DNA from: a virus
Lineage: Duplodnaviria > Heunggongvirae > Uroviricota > Caudoviricetes
Direction: 5' to 3' (one strand)
DNA length: 48,082 nucleotides
Virus record (IMG/VR): IMGVR_UViG_3300001199_000003
Span: 122,537 to 170,618 of that record
The notes below the pieces were generated by a model. That model was given only the letters and a program-made list of their open reading frames with translations, was not told the DNA's origin and searched no databases. Positions 17,401 to 26,438 of the stretch are shown one piece after another (the stretch's first letter is position 1; the number at the start of each line of letters is the position of its first letter). A program made the position numbers and the translations under genes.

Positions 17401-20400
17401 TCTGCCGCAGTTGTTGCGGAAGCTGCAGCAAAAGTAATAGCGCCAGCAACTAGAGTAGCACGGTTAGCTTCAGCTACTCCAGCTCCAGTTGGACGCTGAA
17501 CAGTGAAAGATGTGGCAGTTGGCAAGAACCCAGTTTCTGTAGAAACACGGAAAATACCTGTATTTCTGGTGTCAAATTCTGTAGTTTTCTGTATATTGAC
17601 GTATTCGCCACCAGTTAACGACCCAAGAGCAGGAGCAGAACCGTTACCATTCCAAGTATAAGTCACTTGGTCGATACCGGCAGATGGAGTATTTGGAGTT
17701 ACCGAGATGTTCCATTCTGTAGATGCGTCAATTGACGTAGCCACAGAAGCACCAGATTTTAGGTTAATGCGAACATTTACGTTTTGATCAACAGTGATAA
17801 CGCTAGAAATAACCGCATTTGGAACAGAAGGATAGGAATATCCAACATTTACGAATTCACCTGAACGACCCCAACGAGCAGAACGGTAAAGAATTGCAGT
17901 GTTAGCTGGAGTTGGCTTCAATACTTTGCGAGCTTGCATCAATGCTTTAAATTCAGAGAAATCAAAGCTAGGGAAAGCTGCACTGAAATTAGTCGTAGGA
18001 CCAGAGTCAGTATCGTAAGCATTAAAGTTACTTGAGTTGTTTACTTGAGAAGTGTTAGTAATCGCACGACGATAGAATGGAATCTCAAAAGATTTAGACG
18101 ACGTATCGTTATCCACAACTACGACCGCTGTATCTTTAGCGCCGAAATCAAGCGGATTTGCAATGTAATAACGATCAACAGTTCTCAATCTACGGATCAA
18201 ATTCTGATTTTCAATACCGATCAAAGTACCAGCAATAGTTTGTTCTTGAACGTATTCGCCATAAGCTTGAGCATCACGAATTACACCATAAGGGTGTAAT
18301 AGAGCAATAAGTTCATTCGGATCACGTCCAGCAAGCGATGTGTCCGAGTTAAACTGAGTAATATAGCTGTCGATAGGATCAGCTGCAGAACCAGAGGCAA
18401 ATCCAGCATGGATGAATAATGGGAAAGACGCTTCATAGTTTGCGCTTTCATAGAAAGCAATCAATGAATCTTTAGAAACGTCAGATTCGTTAACCGGTAA
18501 GGTTAATAGTTTTCCGTTAGCGTCTGCGGTTACGATTAAGATAGACCCATCTTCGTCTTTAGTACGAGAACGAACGATAATGTACTGCTCTTCTTGAACA
18601 GAGAATATTAAGCTATTAGTTTGAGCCTGAAGCTCGGTGGCGATCTCGTCAAGAGTTTTATTTCCGAGAGTTACGCGGAACTTCTGAGGAGCCAAAGTAG
18701 AGCGGAGGATCACGAATCCTTCAGAGAAAAGAACACCAGCGGTTGGAACAACAGCAGCCCATTCAGTAGCAGTGATTAGGATATCTAAAGTAGAGTTAGT
18801 ACGAGCGTTTACTCGGCCTTCAATACGGTTTCCAGCAACTAGCTCGTCAGACCATACGATTACGTAGTCTCCGACAAGTACGTTTTGGAATGCAGTAGGT
18901 ACAGTAGAGATATAACGAATAATGTTTGTCGCAGGCTTAGTAACCTGCAAAATAGTATTACCAGCAACGCCGTTCTGGATGATTTCTCCAGGATTATCGG
19001 TCAAGATCCATACGTGACCATCTGCAGAGAAAGTAATACTTCCACCTGGGATTTGGTCAGATTGGATACGAGCTTCAGTTTCGCTAGAACCGGCAGTAAG
19101 TTCGTCACCTACAGCTAGAGCTTCAGCGAGTTTGAATTGAGCAGTATTGCGGTCAAGGATATAGTCAGACTGCTTACCTTCAGCTGATAAGCCAATAAGT
19201 GAACTGAACATTCCCTTAGTAACTAAAGTAGAAGTTGGGTCAATAATTAAAGCTGCGCGATTACTAGCACCAAGGTTAGAAACAACCTGAAGCTGAGTTC
19301 CAACAATATTAACAGTTACGCCGGTAAGTTTAGAGTTAAGAATTTGTTGCCAAGAATCTAGACTGTTAGTTGAAGCAACTTGAGTATAAAGACCAGTAGC
19401 AATGAAGTCACCGTCAGTTACCGTATAAGTAATGAAAGCTGTTCCATCGACAGAAAGAATAAGAGTATCACCAGTTACAATCGTTGCAGACCATAATTGC
19501 TGGTTTTGAGTGAAAATAGATGCGCTCTTACCATCTTTAGAAAGAGGAATTTTGTTCTTGTAAAGACGAAGAGTTTGGATTTCGTTAGACGGGAATCCAA
19601 GCTGAACCGCAGCGTTACGACCGTTTGTGGTCGGAGTTGCAGTCTTAATAAGATCGTTACCTTCGTTACGAGAACGAATAACGACGTACTGACCGCCTTC
19701 GGCAGTCGTAGCTTCAAAAAGTAAAGTCGTATTTGCGTTAATAGAAGCTGTAACCTCGAACGCAGTTGCTCCACCTGGAGAACGGAAATCAGTATTAGCG
19801 AAAACGTGCTCTTGAGTAACTTCACCTACGGTAACAGCTAAAGTATCTCCACCGATCAAATCATAAGGAGCAGCAGAAGTTGTTTGAAGGAAAGCTTTAG
19901 CTACAGGAGCCTGACGGCCACCAGTCGCTAACTGGAAATACTGTTCTCCACCTAAAGCAGAATCAACAATAGCTTCAAGGCCGACACCGGCAGTTTTAGC
20001 TTCATATCCTTTACCGTCATCGAGATAAAGAATAGAACCTTCAGAAGTTGAAATCATCGAAGATGAAACAATAGAAGATTGAGGTTCGTCAGATGCAGTT
20101 GCACCTTTAACAGCAGATTTAATAGCTGTAGGAGTACCAAGGCCAACAGAGGCGAGGGCTCTTTTAATACGAACACGAAGCTGATCGTCTGTTTCGGAAT
20201 CAGCACCGGTAGTGAAAGGAAGTTCGTTGGTTACAACGGCTCCCGCAAAAGGAGGAGTTGCAAATGTTTTGATTGCTCCACGAGGTACGTTACCAGAAGC
20301 TCCTGGTTGTTGAGCAGAAACCTGTACGTTAGAAACAGAAACTTCACCATCAAGGATAACCGCAGCAGTTACTACACTATATTGAATATCAGGAGAAGCA

Positions 20401-21005
20401 CCTGAAGCAGGAGAAAGAACGATTGTATTAGCTGGAATAGAACGGTTTCCACCCTGAGCAAGAATTACTGTCTCACCTACGTTATGGAATTTTGCAGTCG
20501 CAACAGTTAAGTTGAGAACGAAATATCCACCAATCGGCGTGATTGATGTGTAGGCTAAAGGACCTTCCACGTTTGGAGTGTTTCGGCCAATATAGACAGA
20601 ACCTGAGGCTGGGAACAAGGAAGCGTCAGATACTTTGATCTGAGTCGATCCAATATTTGGCGGATTGGCACCAGCATATACTTTGGTCGATTGTTTAGTA
20701 AAAGAAGAGTCTGTAACAGTTACAAGGCCCGTAGCGGGTTTAGCTGTAATCGGGGTAACACGGTTTTCAGTCGCAAGACGTTTTAATGCGTCTCCGGTAG
20801 CTCTATCTACCGAGAAATCTCTAAGAATTTGGAATACGTCACCAGAAGAACGGGCAGTTGCAAGGGCTACGACTTCAAAAAAGCTCGTAACAGCTGAACC
20901 TACGTTAAAATCGTTGATTCCTTGTTTTGCAGCATAGGCCGACAACATATCGCTAAGGATCTGTTCGTAGGATTGCGGGTTCGGAAGTCCGTTATTATCA
21001 GCCAT
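14442..21005 (-). CDS. Giant baseplate J / gp6-like wedge protein (2187 aa)
   Basis: N-terminal DFNVGS...ATGDAL..LA...AKPATG and GADSETDDQLRVRI...GT..AI motifs; C-terminal AEQVRTSISSLIN...GEPI..S.IV..VNAIPGV. About 1.8 kaa of inserted repeats lie between them. Confidence 0.85.
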   Translation of the reverse strand: MADNNGLPNPQSYEQILSDMLSAYAAKQGINDFNVGSAVTSFFEVVALATARSSGDVFQILRDFSVDRATGDALKRLATENRVTPITAKPATGLVTVTDSSFTKQSTKVYAGANPPNIGSTQIKVSDASLFPASGSVYIGRNTPNVEGPLAYTSITPIGGYFVLNLTVATAKFHNVGETVILAQGGNRSIPANTIVLSPASGASPDIQYSVVTAAVILDGEVSVSNVQVSAQQPGASGNVPRGAIKTFATPPFAGAVVTNELPFTTGADSETDDQLRVRIKRALASVGLGTPTAIKSAVKGATASDEPQSSIVSSSMISTSEGSILYLDDGKGYEAKTAGVGLEAIVDSALGGEQYFQLATGGRQAPVAKAFLQTTSAAPYDLIGGDTLAVTVGEVTQEHVFANTDFRSPGGATAFEVTASINANTTLLFEATTAEGGQYVVIRSRNEGNDLIKTATPTTNGRNAAVQLGFPSNEIQTLRLYKNKIPLSKDGKSASIFTQNQQLWSATIVTGDTLILSVDGTAFITYTVTDGDFIATGLYTQVASTNSLDSWQQILNSKLTGVTVNIVGTQLQVVSNLGASNRAALIIDPTSTLVTKGMFSSLIGLSAEGKQSDYILDRNTAQFKLAEALAVGDELTAGSSETEARIQSDQIPGGSITFSADGHVWILTDNPGEIIQNGVAGNTILQVTKPATNIIRYISTVPTAFQNVLVGDYVIVWSDELVAGNRIEGRVNARTNSTLDILITATEWAAVVPTAGVLFSEGFVILRSTLAPQKFRVTLGNKTLDEIATELQAQTNSLIFSVQEEQYIIVRSRTKDEDGSILIVTADANGKLLTLPVNESDVSKDSLIAFYESANYEASFPLFIHAGFASGSAADPIDSYITQFNSDTSLAGRDPNELIALLHPYGVIRDAQAYGEYVQEQTIAGTLIGIENQNLIRRLRTVDRYYIANPLDFGAKDTAVVVVDNDTSSKSFEIPFYRRAITNTSQVNNSSNFNAYDTDSGPTTNFSAAFPSFDFSEFKALMQARKVLKPTPANTAILYRSARWGRSGEFVNVGYSYPSVPNAVISSVITVDQNVNVRINLKSGASVATSIDASTEWNISVTPNTPSAGIDQVTYTWNGNGSAPALGSLTGGEYVNIQKTTEFDTRNTGIFRVSTETGFLPTATSFTVQRPTGAGVAEANRATLVAGAITFAAASATTAAEIKAYVDASLADYFTATLVNDPTPPADGSGTILLSTYEDSGFTYESVFLQDGINWIAASNVSGTPNFTFKVPLNLPSDVGYAFNNGEEVRLVPTTMDQVRRLISVLAVTGFTTVGTVGVVDRGARLELATNTLGSDGSIQIIGGLANDYAVPVLDSATRIDNSIMSVTTDKVAAQGIHSDQWFKLQATYAQRKEALLSSNSSVTVLSNVPSVGQSTIKLAGRVLTQRYFGKQRNHVRTMGRTFRVEKQGSLACLSWNGQGVNPTFLKNPINLNDAAGGRVNVSKVTGTSDSQYTIVSGDANFNELSIGDLITVQNLPLEGNNGTFPITGISENGQQLRVLNPNAENEFSSGTFTFGTNSTAGDAFTIGVTTLLAGTDFAIGATQQDTAANLSAVIGTLPGVTSVANGSIVTVTATSPAQSTAISYAGVGTVTVSSAFLVGDLFAAGDFSASSEVSEGDTMILQAPFMVLNQGKFRVIRRYNNSVWYENVNVVEEEVNLPLNPVSIGFDATTSFRVNATNHSIYLNWNGVGTQPNFQSTRMGDIVTLGVDFAAANQGDFMVIRSGEALPEITDFIMPAGSNFTIGGAGTYFLTQSAGDVNLYYVWFNVNTSNSDPAVGGRVGLEVQILSGDTAATVAAKVAAVVGAATGLDATAANGITTVTTTGLQETTNSTNFNVPAPFTVNIVQEGRRTFLEAINPSAVNESAVFVTGGVLQVHRPQIQFSEYEATVAGDLFVATGDTLTLQNAGEYTIAEVIDRDTIVVTGTMAPVTNSSLNGRETSVYVQEGVFYSGYKHISFATQQPGAPARNLIVFDTNAQYSKINEAAGVQINSLNKVDFDTTIRKGLDSYRYNTGLIAEANRIIYGDPRDPTTYPGVGAAGAEIFSREPLTRRIQVSVEVRINTGVPFAQTAEQVRTSISSLINSNDVGEPIAISAIVSVVNAIPGVRAMAISSPQYDSTHDLIFIAPSEKARIIDPVLDISVSQIGT

Positions 21006-21551
21006 TTATATCACCTTATTGCTCTTTATAAGATTATCTTGTGCCGGTAAATGCTGCAAGTTCCAGGGAACATGAAGACCGCACACGTTTTTGCCTCTAA
21101 GAGGCACTATATGATCAACGTGATATCCAGAAGGACAACTATCGTATATTTTCTTAATTTGATTATCAAAACCAGCAAAAGATGAAGTAATTTTCAAAGC
21201 TCTTCGTTTAGCAGAGTAGAAATTTATAAGAGATTTATTGTTTAATCTCCATGATTTTTTTATATCTCTGTTCAGTTCTTGATTACGGGATACCCATTTT
21301 GCTCTATTTTCTTTAATTTTCAATAGGTTAGTCTTTCTTTGGTTAGAAGATCTTTCTTTTTCTTTTTGGCGCAAAATATCAATGTTTTTCAATCTGTACC
21401 GTTTTTCAATGTCAGGATTCTTTAATTTGTTTGCAGTTACCCGTTTTTTATCGCAAGACTTACACGAATTACGACATCCGTCAGCACAGCCTTTCTGTTT
21501 ATAAAATTCAGATAAGCCCTTTGTTTCGTTGCAAATTTTACACGATTTCAT
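21006..21551 (-). CDS. Free-standing HNH homing endonuclease
   Basis: N-terminal CKIC...EFY...DG..N.CK.C; C-terminal YHVDHIVPLRGKNVCGLHVPWNLQ.L...DN..KSN. Visibly AT-rich and inserted between the gp25-like and baseplate J genes. Confidence 0.9.
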   Translation of the reverse strand: MKSCKICNETKGLSEFYKQKGCADGCRNSCKSCDKKRVTANKLKNPDIEKRYRLKNIDILRQKEKERSSNQRKTNLLKIKENRAKWVSRNQELNRDIKKSWRLNNKSLINFYSAKRRALKITSSFAGFDNQIKKIYDSCPSGYHVDHIVPLRGKNVCGLHVPWNLQHLPAQDNLIKSNKVI

Positions 21552-21568
21552 ATTTACTCTATATCATA
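21552..21568 (-). promoter_or_regulatory. Extended -10 leaderless promoter TATGATAT-N9-ATG for HNH gene
   Basis: Minus strand reads TATGATAT AGAGTAAAT ATG; no SD; weak -35 TTGATC further upstream. Confidence 0.55.
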
Positions 21569-24151
21569 TTAAGCTGGAAGATCAAAAGTAAGCGGAAAGA
21601 CCCCTTGCTGGCCAGCTAAAACTACTCCCATGGAGATTGATAGAACTGGCCCATTAAGACTGATCTGTAACGAATCAAGACCTTGAAATCTTGGGTCCTC
21701 TTCTATCAATCTATTGATATTATTGTAAATATCCTGCACGTTCAGGTCAGAAGCCATAATTCCAGCTCTAATCCCAAGCCCATAGTCAGGATGCGTGAGC
21801 AAACTTCCTTTTGGAGTTGCGATCTTAAGCTTCAAGGCCTGAACAATGTTCGTAATTCCTGCCGCGAAACGGAAATCACCGAAAGAATTGACCGCTAAAT
21901 CGCCTTGATCAGTTAAAAGCCAGTCAACTTTACTTAATCCGACCAAAGGATCTGCGGCAACTGAGGTCGGAACCAAGATATTAGGTTCTTGTGGAAGCTC
22001 TAAATCGCTTGGAATAAAGATTTTCTGTTGAGAATTGACAGTACCTGGCAAGTAAGCCTGAAGATACGCTTTGTCAACAACCGTAAAATTATCAAGATTT
22101 GGCTCACCATCCAAAGATAGAAGATAAGACGTATCAGAAAGACGGTCTATTCCAAGGATTCTTCGAGCAGATGGGCTTTGAGTAGCACTTTTCAGAACTA
22201 CGCGTTGGCCGATGTACATGTTTTGAACGCTATCAATCGTAATCTGACGACCAGATGCGTTTGAAAGCAACGGGCGCTGGAAACCATTCTCATCAATGTA
22301 CGGATCTTGAAGATTGTTTAACGTAACGATCTCAAGCCATCTTTGCGGATCACCTAAATAACGTGCTGCAATCTGTTCGATTGTTAAGCCAAAAGGGACA
22401 GGTGCAAGAATTTTACTATTTGGTAAATTAAACGCAATACCAGCATCTTCAGCTAAGCCTGCCACGTATTCCATGTTAGTTTGCTTCTGAGCATCGTCGA
22501 TTTCGGTAGTAGCGGTCAAAATATCGTATGACTGCATAACATCGTAAAGAGCTTTTAAAAGCTCATACTCATCAAGAGTCATTGGAGAAATTCTAGTTGC
22601 TGGAACTGGACGACCGTAAATCTGACTATAGAACGGATCGCCCGCTCCAAAATTGTTAGACAATTGAAGAGAAAGATCCTGAATTACATCTCGGAAAGTT
22701 CTTATATCGTCTACTGTAATAGTTCTAGAATCGTCAATAACTTGATCGACCTGAGCTTGCTGAGCGCTATTTAGACTCATAGAGAAAACTGGCACTTGAT
22801 CCATTAACTCAAAATTTCTTTCAGGCTGACGAAATACGTTATCCTGAGGATTAATTGATTGAGCTGTAGCTGCGGTACTACCTAATTGGCCTCCTGCAAC
22901 TGCCGACATACTTAGACCTTCAGTTGTAGCTGAAGATGCGGTTACTCCACTTAAAGCAGATCTAACGCTTGGATTACTTGATCTCTGAGAGATAGCACCA
23001 GAAAGAATTTTTAGAGAATCTTTAATTGAACTTGCATAATCTCTCTGAATTTGAAAAGGAAGATCACACGCAGTGACTACTACTCCAGCCAAATCTTTTA
23101 CGAACAAAGAAGACTGACGAAGAACATCAAGAGGGCGAGTAATATCTGAGCGAACCGCACCGATCAAATCAATAGCAGAACTTGTAAGTTTTCTAGCCTC
23201 ACTAATGGTAGCCAAAATACGTTGAAGTATTCCAGGAGTTAAAGACTGGATCTTAGGCTGAACAGCGCTAACTTTTTGAGTCAGCTCAATACGTCTCCAT
23301 GCTTTTAATTGCATTGAGTAGTTAATTTGAGTAGGTTTAGTAGCGTTCTGATTCCATTGAAACTGCATAGGAGTCACAACGAAAGACTGATTCTGCTTAG
23401 GAATATCGAAAACTAAACGCCACTGAGAATTCTCAGGTTTTTTCTTAGCTTCTGCATACTGTTCAAGAAATTGTTGAAGAGCAAGAGCGTGGTAATAACC
23501 AGTGCTAGTTGATCCCGCGTCAGTTGCAGCAGGCTTAATAGTTTTTGGCTTATTAGCTGGGTGGCCAGAAGCTGCGTTCAAGGTTCTTTGGAATTGGCTA
23601 ACCAAACCAGTTACGTTCTCCAAAGTTCCACCAAAAAGCGATTGAACCACAGAAGGACTGGCTGGAGGAGCAGTTACGGAACTACGATAAGGCCACACAC
23701 CCATAGTACCAGAAGCTTGGATCATTTTAAACTTAAGACCAGAATGCTCTTCCATGACACCGCGAAGAGTCGCAGAAGTATTGATCGCGAACTGATCCGT
23801 AATAGAAAGCTGTTCAGGAGTGATCGGAAGACGGAATACCCATTGACGACCCAAAGGCTCGAAATTAATGATAGTATTGCCTTCATTCGAGATCATTTTA
23901 ATCGTAGGATTACCAGATTGTCCACCAACGATTTGACCAGTCTTAGCGTCAACTACCACTAAACGGTAAGGAAAAAGTTGATCCCAGCGAGCTGGGTCAA
24001 TAGTCATCGGAGCCCAGAAACGACTCGTTGAATTATTCCATGGCACACTTGGAGAAGAACGAGAATTCTTACCAGTAATTAAACCAGTCTGCTGACCGAT
24101 AAAATTATCGGCAGAAGCCTTTAGTTGATTAGTTAGGTCAGATATTCCCAT
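21569..24151 (-). CDS. Baseplate fusion protein: tube-initiator-like + LysM + gp25/GpW-like
   Basis: N-terminal FRLPITPEQLSITD...ASGTMG...F.V.P..F (tube-initiator pattern); LysM GLTIEQIAARYLGDPQRWLEIVTLNNLQDP (about 22295-22400); C-terminal GD.....G..NI.QALKL.I.TPKGSL..HPDYG (gp25). Confidence 0.75.
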   Translation of the reverse strand: MGISDLTNQLKASADNFIGQQTGLITGKNSRSSPSVPWNNSTSRFWAPMTIDPARWDQLFPYRLVVVDAKTGQIVGGQSGNPTIKMISNEGNTIINFEPLGRQWVFRLPITPEQLSITDQFAINTSATLRGVMEEHSGLKFKMIQASGTMGVWPYRSSVTAPPASPSVVQSLFGGTLENVTGLVSQFQRTLNAASGHPANKPKTIKPAATDAGSTSTGYYHALALQQFLEQYAEAKKKPENSQWRLVFDIPKQNQSFVVTPMQFQWNQNATKPTQINYSMQLKAWRRIELTQKVSAVQPKIQSLTPGILQRILATISEARKLTSSAIDLIGAVRSDITRPLDVLRQSSLFVKDLAGVVVTACDLPFQIQRDYASSIKDSLKILSGAISQRSSNPSVRSALSGVTASSATTEGLSMSAVAGGQLGSTAATAQSINPQDNVFRQPERNFELMDQVPVFSMSLNSAQQAQVDQVIDDSRTITVDDIRTFRDVIQDLSLQLSNNFGAGDPFYSQIYGRPVPATRISPMTLDEYELLKALYDVMQSYDILTATTEIDDAQKQTNMEYVAGLAEDAGIAFNLPNSKILAPVPFGLTIEQIAARYLGDPQRWLEIVTLNNLQDPYIDENGFQRPLLSNASGRQITIDSVQNMYIGQRVVLKSATQSPSARRILGIDRLSDTSYLLSLDGEPNLDNFTVVDKAYLQAYLPGTVNSQQKIFIPSDLELPQEPNILVPTSVAADPLVGLSKVDWLLTDQGDLAVNSFGDFRFAAGITNIVQALKLKIATPKGSLLTHPDYGLGIRAGIMASDLNVQDIYNNINRLIEEDPRFQGLDSLQISLNGPVLSISMGVVLAGQQGVFPLTFDLPA

Positions 24152-24165
24152 AGTTTTCCCTCATC

Positions 24166-24178
24166 TATAAGATTGTCA
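24166..24178 (-). promoter_or_regulatory. Candidate phage late-promoter motif TGACAATCTTATA (copy 2)
   Basis: Identical to 10473-10485; 14 nt upstream of ATG 24151. Confidence 0.55.
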
Positions 24179-24182
24179 GGTG

Positions 24183-24215
24183 AGGAGATCTCCTTAACTA
24201 TGATATATCGTAAGA
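24183..24215 (+). promoter_or_regulatory. 12-bp palindrome AGGAGATCTCCT plus leaderless promoter TATGATAT-N9-ATG
   Basis: Perfect palindrome 24183-24194 in the 64-nt divergent gap; TATGATAT at 24199-24206, then 9 nt, then ATG 24216; no usable SD. Confidence 0.55.
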
Positions 24216-24791
24216 ATGAGAACCTATTTTATTTCAATTTTAGCTCTTCTATTCCTCATATCCTGCGCTAAGCCACCAATCAGGCGAACAAAGGTCTTTC
24301 CAGACCACTCTACTGAAATTTCAGATCCTCAAATCAAAGCCATAGTAGATGAGTTCATGGATCTAAGTAAGCGAAATAAGGTTAAATTTAATAGCAAAGT
24401 ATCAGTAGGATTCACTAAAATAAACGATGGAAATGTGATCGGAACGTGTAGCTACAGGATGACTTTTAGGGAAATTGATCTAGATATTGATTTTTGGAAG
24501 AATGCTACTTTCATTCAAAAAACATCTCTACTGTATCACGAGCTAGCTCACTGCTATTGTGATCGTGACCATGATTTTGGAGATGGTACTCTATATCCTG
24601 ACGATTCTTTTAAATATATTTTACAATCTTGGTTTCAGAAATCTACCTTCAATATCTATCGGCCGGAAGGATATTACGAAGATGGGTGTCCTACGAGCAT
24701 CATGTATCCTAAGTTAATTGAGGATTACTGCTTTAGAGTTCATTATAACGAATATGTCAATGAAATGTTTAACAGGTGTGAGCCCTACTAA
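24216..24791 (+). CDS. Lipoprotein zinc metalloprotease (metzincin/matrixin-like)
   Basis: Signal peptide II MRTYFISILALLFLIS-C; zinc motif HELAHCYCDRDH; Met-turn-like SIMYP. Confidence 0.8.
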   Translation: MRTYFISILALLFLISCAKPPIRRTKVFPDHSTEISDPQIKAIVDEFMDLSKRNKVKFNSKVSVGFTKINDGNVIGTCSYRMTFREIDLDIDFWKNATFIQKTSLLYHELAHCYCDRDHDFGDGTLYPDDSFKYILQSWFQKSTFNIYRPEGYYEDGCPTSIMYPKLIEDYCFRVHYNEYVNEMFNRCEPY

Positions 24792-26167
24792 GTAAGGTCT
24801 TTATATAGTCTAGCTTTTTCTGCTGGACGAAATTTGGCTGGAATCACGTCGTTCAAAACTACAGTATCGCCATTTACTGACTTAACCGCACGTTGCAATT
24901 CTTCTTGGCCTTCAGCCGTAATCCATACCGCATCACCTGCGCTTAAAAAGCTAGTATCGACCAAAGTGATCGAGGATGTTCCGTTACCTGGAGCCTTAAG
25001 AAGAGTCGTAGGCAATATGGACATGTAGGTATTTTTCGTATTAGTAATATTGGCTTTAATAGAATTCTGAGCATCTTTTCCACCCTGCATAGATTTTAGC
25101 TTAGAAAGCGATCCATCAAGAGCGTGTAGTCTTAGAAGCAAAAATCCATATCGCTTACCGTAAAGACCTGTACTTGTCGTAAGTTCTCCCGTAGTAAGAT
25201 CTTGAGCAAGAGTTCCTAAATATCCAGTAACCTGAGAAATTCTAGTCGAAATAAACGAAACACGGGAGTTCACAGCAGACTGAAGAGCCGCAAGTTGAAC
25301 TGAGTGAAGTTTAGTTGGAGCTAAAAGATTAGCGTTATAAGAGTTAAATCCAGCACAAGTAGTTTGACCGTGAGCTGTATTGAAATCGCTATAAGCTAAC
25401 CAAGTATTGATAGCTGGGATGATCACATTATTGATATTGTCGATAGCTGCCTGATTAGCTACTTGATTTACCGGATCATTGGTAGTAATAGTTGCAACTT
25501 CAGCTAAAAGAAAAGTTTTAAAATCATTAACAGCTGTAACTAAGTTTGTTTTAAGAGTTTGAACTGCTGGATAAGAAGTAATAGCGTCTGGTCCTGGAGT
25601 CCATATTCCACCGTTTAAAGTACAAGTAGATTGATCTAAGTAAATTGGATTAGAGCAAGTTCCACTAGCGTTACACCACTGTCCTGTAGTATTTTGGATA
25701 TCGGTAAACGAAGAAGCAGATGATATTAAAGCCAAAAGAGGAGCGGTGAGATCTCCTTCTTTCTGGGTAGTTCCATATCCTTCAGTGTAATTCTTACCGA
25801 TTGCGTAAGTTAAAGCAAAAGGCGGAATTCTAATCCATACGTTATGACTTGGAACTAAGCTTGGAACCGTAATACTAAGGTCGTTTGGGAAGAAATGGTT
25901 TTGAATAGTTTTGGACGCTGAGTCCTGGATATCTTGCTCTATAATTGTTGTACGTAAAATACCGTCAAGCTTACCAAGTTCAGTCTGGTACGAATTTACT
26001 AGTGCGTTAGGCGGATCGAATAGATTTTTATTACCAGCGTCAAGCTTGATAAGTTTATCAATCTCAGCTTGAGTCTGAGCCTGAGACATAGTAAATGCCT
26101 TGAGCTTATCGGCTGCAGTCACGATGTTCAGAGAAAATGCTAATCTATCGTCTTGTGATAATGGCAT
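24788..26167 (-). CDS. Virion/baseplate structural protein (459 aa), mostly helical with C-terminal small beta domain
   Basis: Start re-assigned to MPLSQ (TAATG overlap at 26167). In the baseplate operon. C-terminal GTSSITLVDTSFLSAGD...VKSVNGDTVVL resembles modules in the wedge proteins. Confidence 0.55.
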   Translation of the reverse strand: MPLSQDDRLAFSLNIVTAADKLKAFTMSQAQTQAEIDKLIKLDAGNKNLFDPPNALVNSYQTELGKLDGILRTTIIEQDIQDSASKTIQNHFFPNDLSITVPSLVPSHNVWIRIPPFALTYAIGKNYTEGYGTTQKEGDLTAPLLALISSASSFTDIQNTTGQWCNASGTCSNPIYLDQSTCTLNGGIWTPGPDAITSYPAVQTLKTNLVTAVNDFKTFLLAEVATITTNDPVNQVANQAAIDNINNVIIPAINTWLAYSDFNTAHGQTTCAGFNSYNANLLAPTKLHSVQLAALQSAVNSRVSFISTRISQVTGYLGTLAQDLTTGELTTSTGLYGKRYGFLLLRLHALDGSLSKLKSMQGGKDAQNSIKANITNTKNTYMSILPTTLLKAPGNGTSSITLVDTSFLSAGDAVWITAEGQEELQRAVKSVNGDTVVLNDVIPAKFRPAEKARLYKDLT

Positions 26168-26436
26168 TAGTGAAACCTTAAAGGAATAATTCGGAAGTTC
26201 ATTAGACAAAACATAGCTTCGTCTTTATCTTCCTGAGATCCGGTTTTACGCATCTCGATTAATCCATCCATTATTTGTTGAAAGAAATGTTCGGCACGAT
26301 CCTGACTGAACGCAAGTTTACCTTGCTCGGATTCAAACATACCGTCGCCAATCTGAATATAATAGTTTCCAGTCTCAGCTTTCACTACTTCCTCAATCGA
26401 ATGTTCTCTATATGGGCTTTTCTTTGGCTGCGACAT
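26167..26436 (-). CDS. Hypothetical protein (89 aa)
   Basis: Start re-assigned to MSQPKK (SD GGGGTGAG); translationally coupled to both neighbours. Confidence 0.55.
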   Translation of the reverse strand: MSQPKKSPYREHSIEEVVKAETGNYYIQIGDGMFESEQGKLAFSQDRAEHFFQQIMDGLIEMRKTGSQEDKDEAMFCLMNFRIIPLRFH

Positions 26437-26438
26437 TC

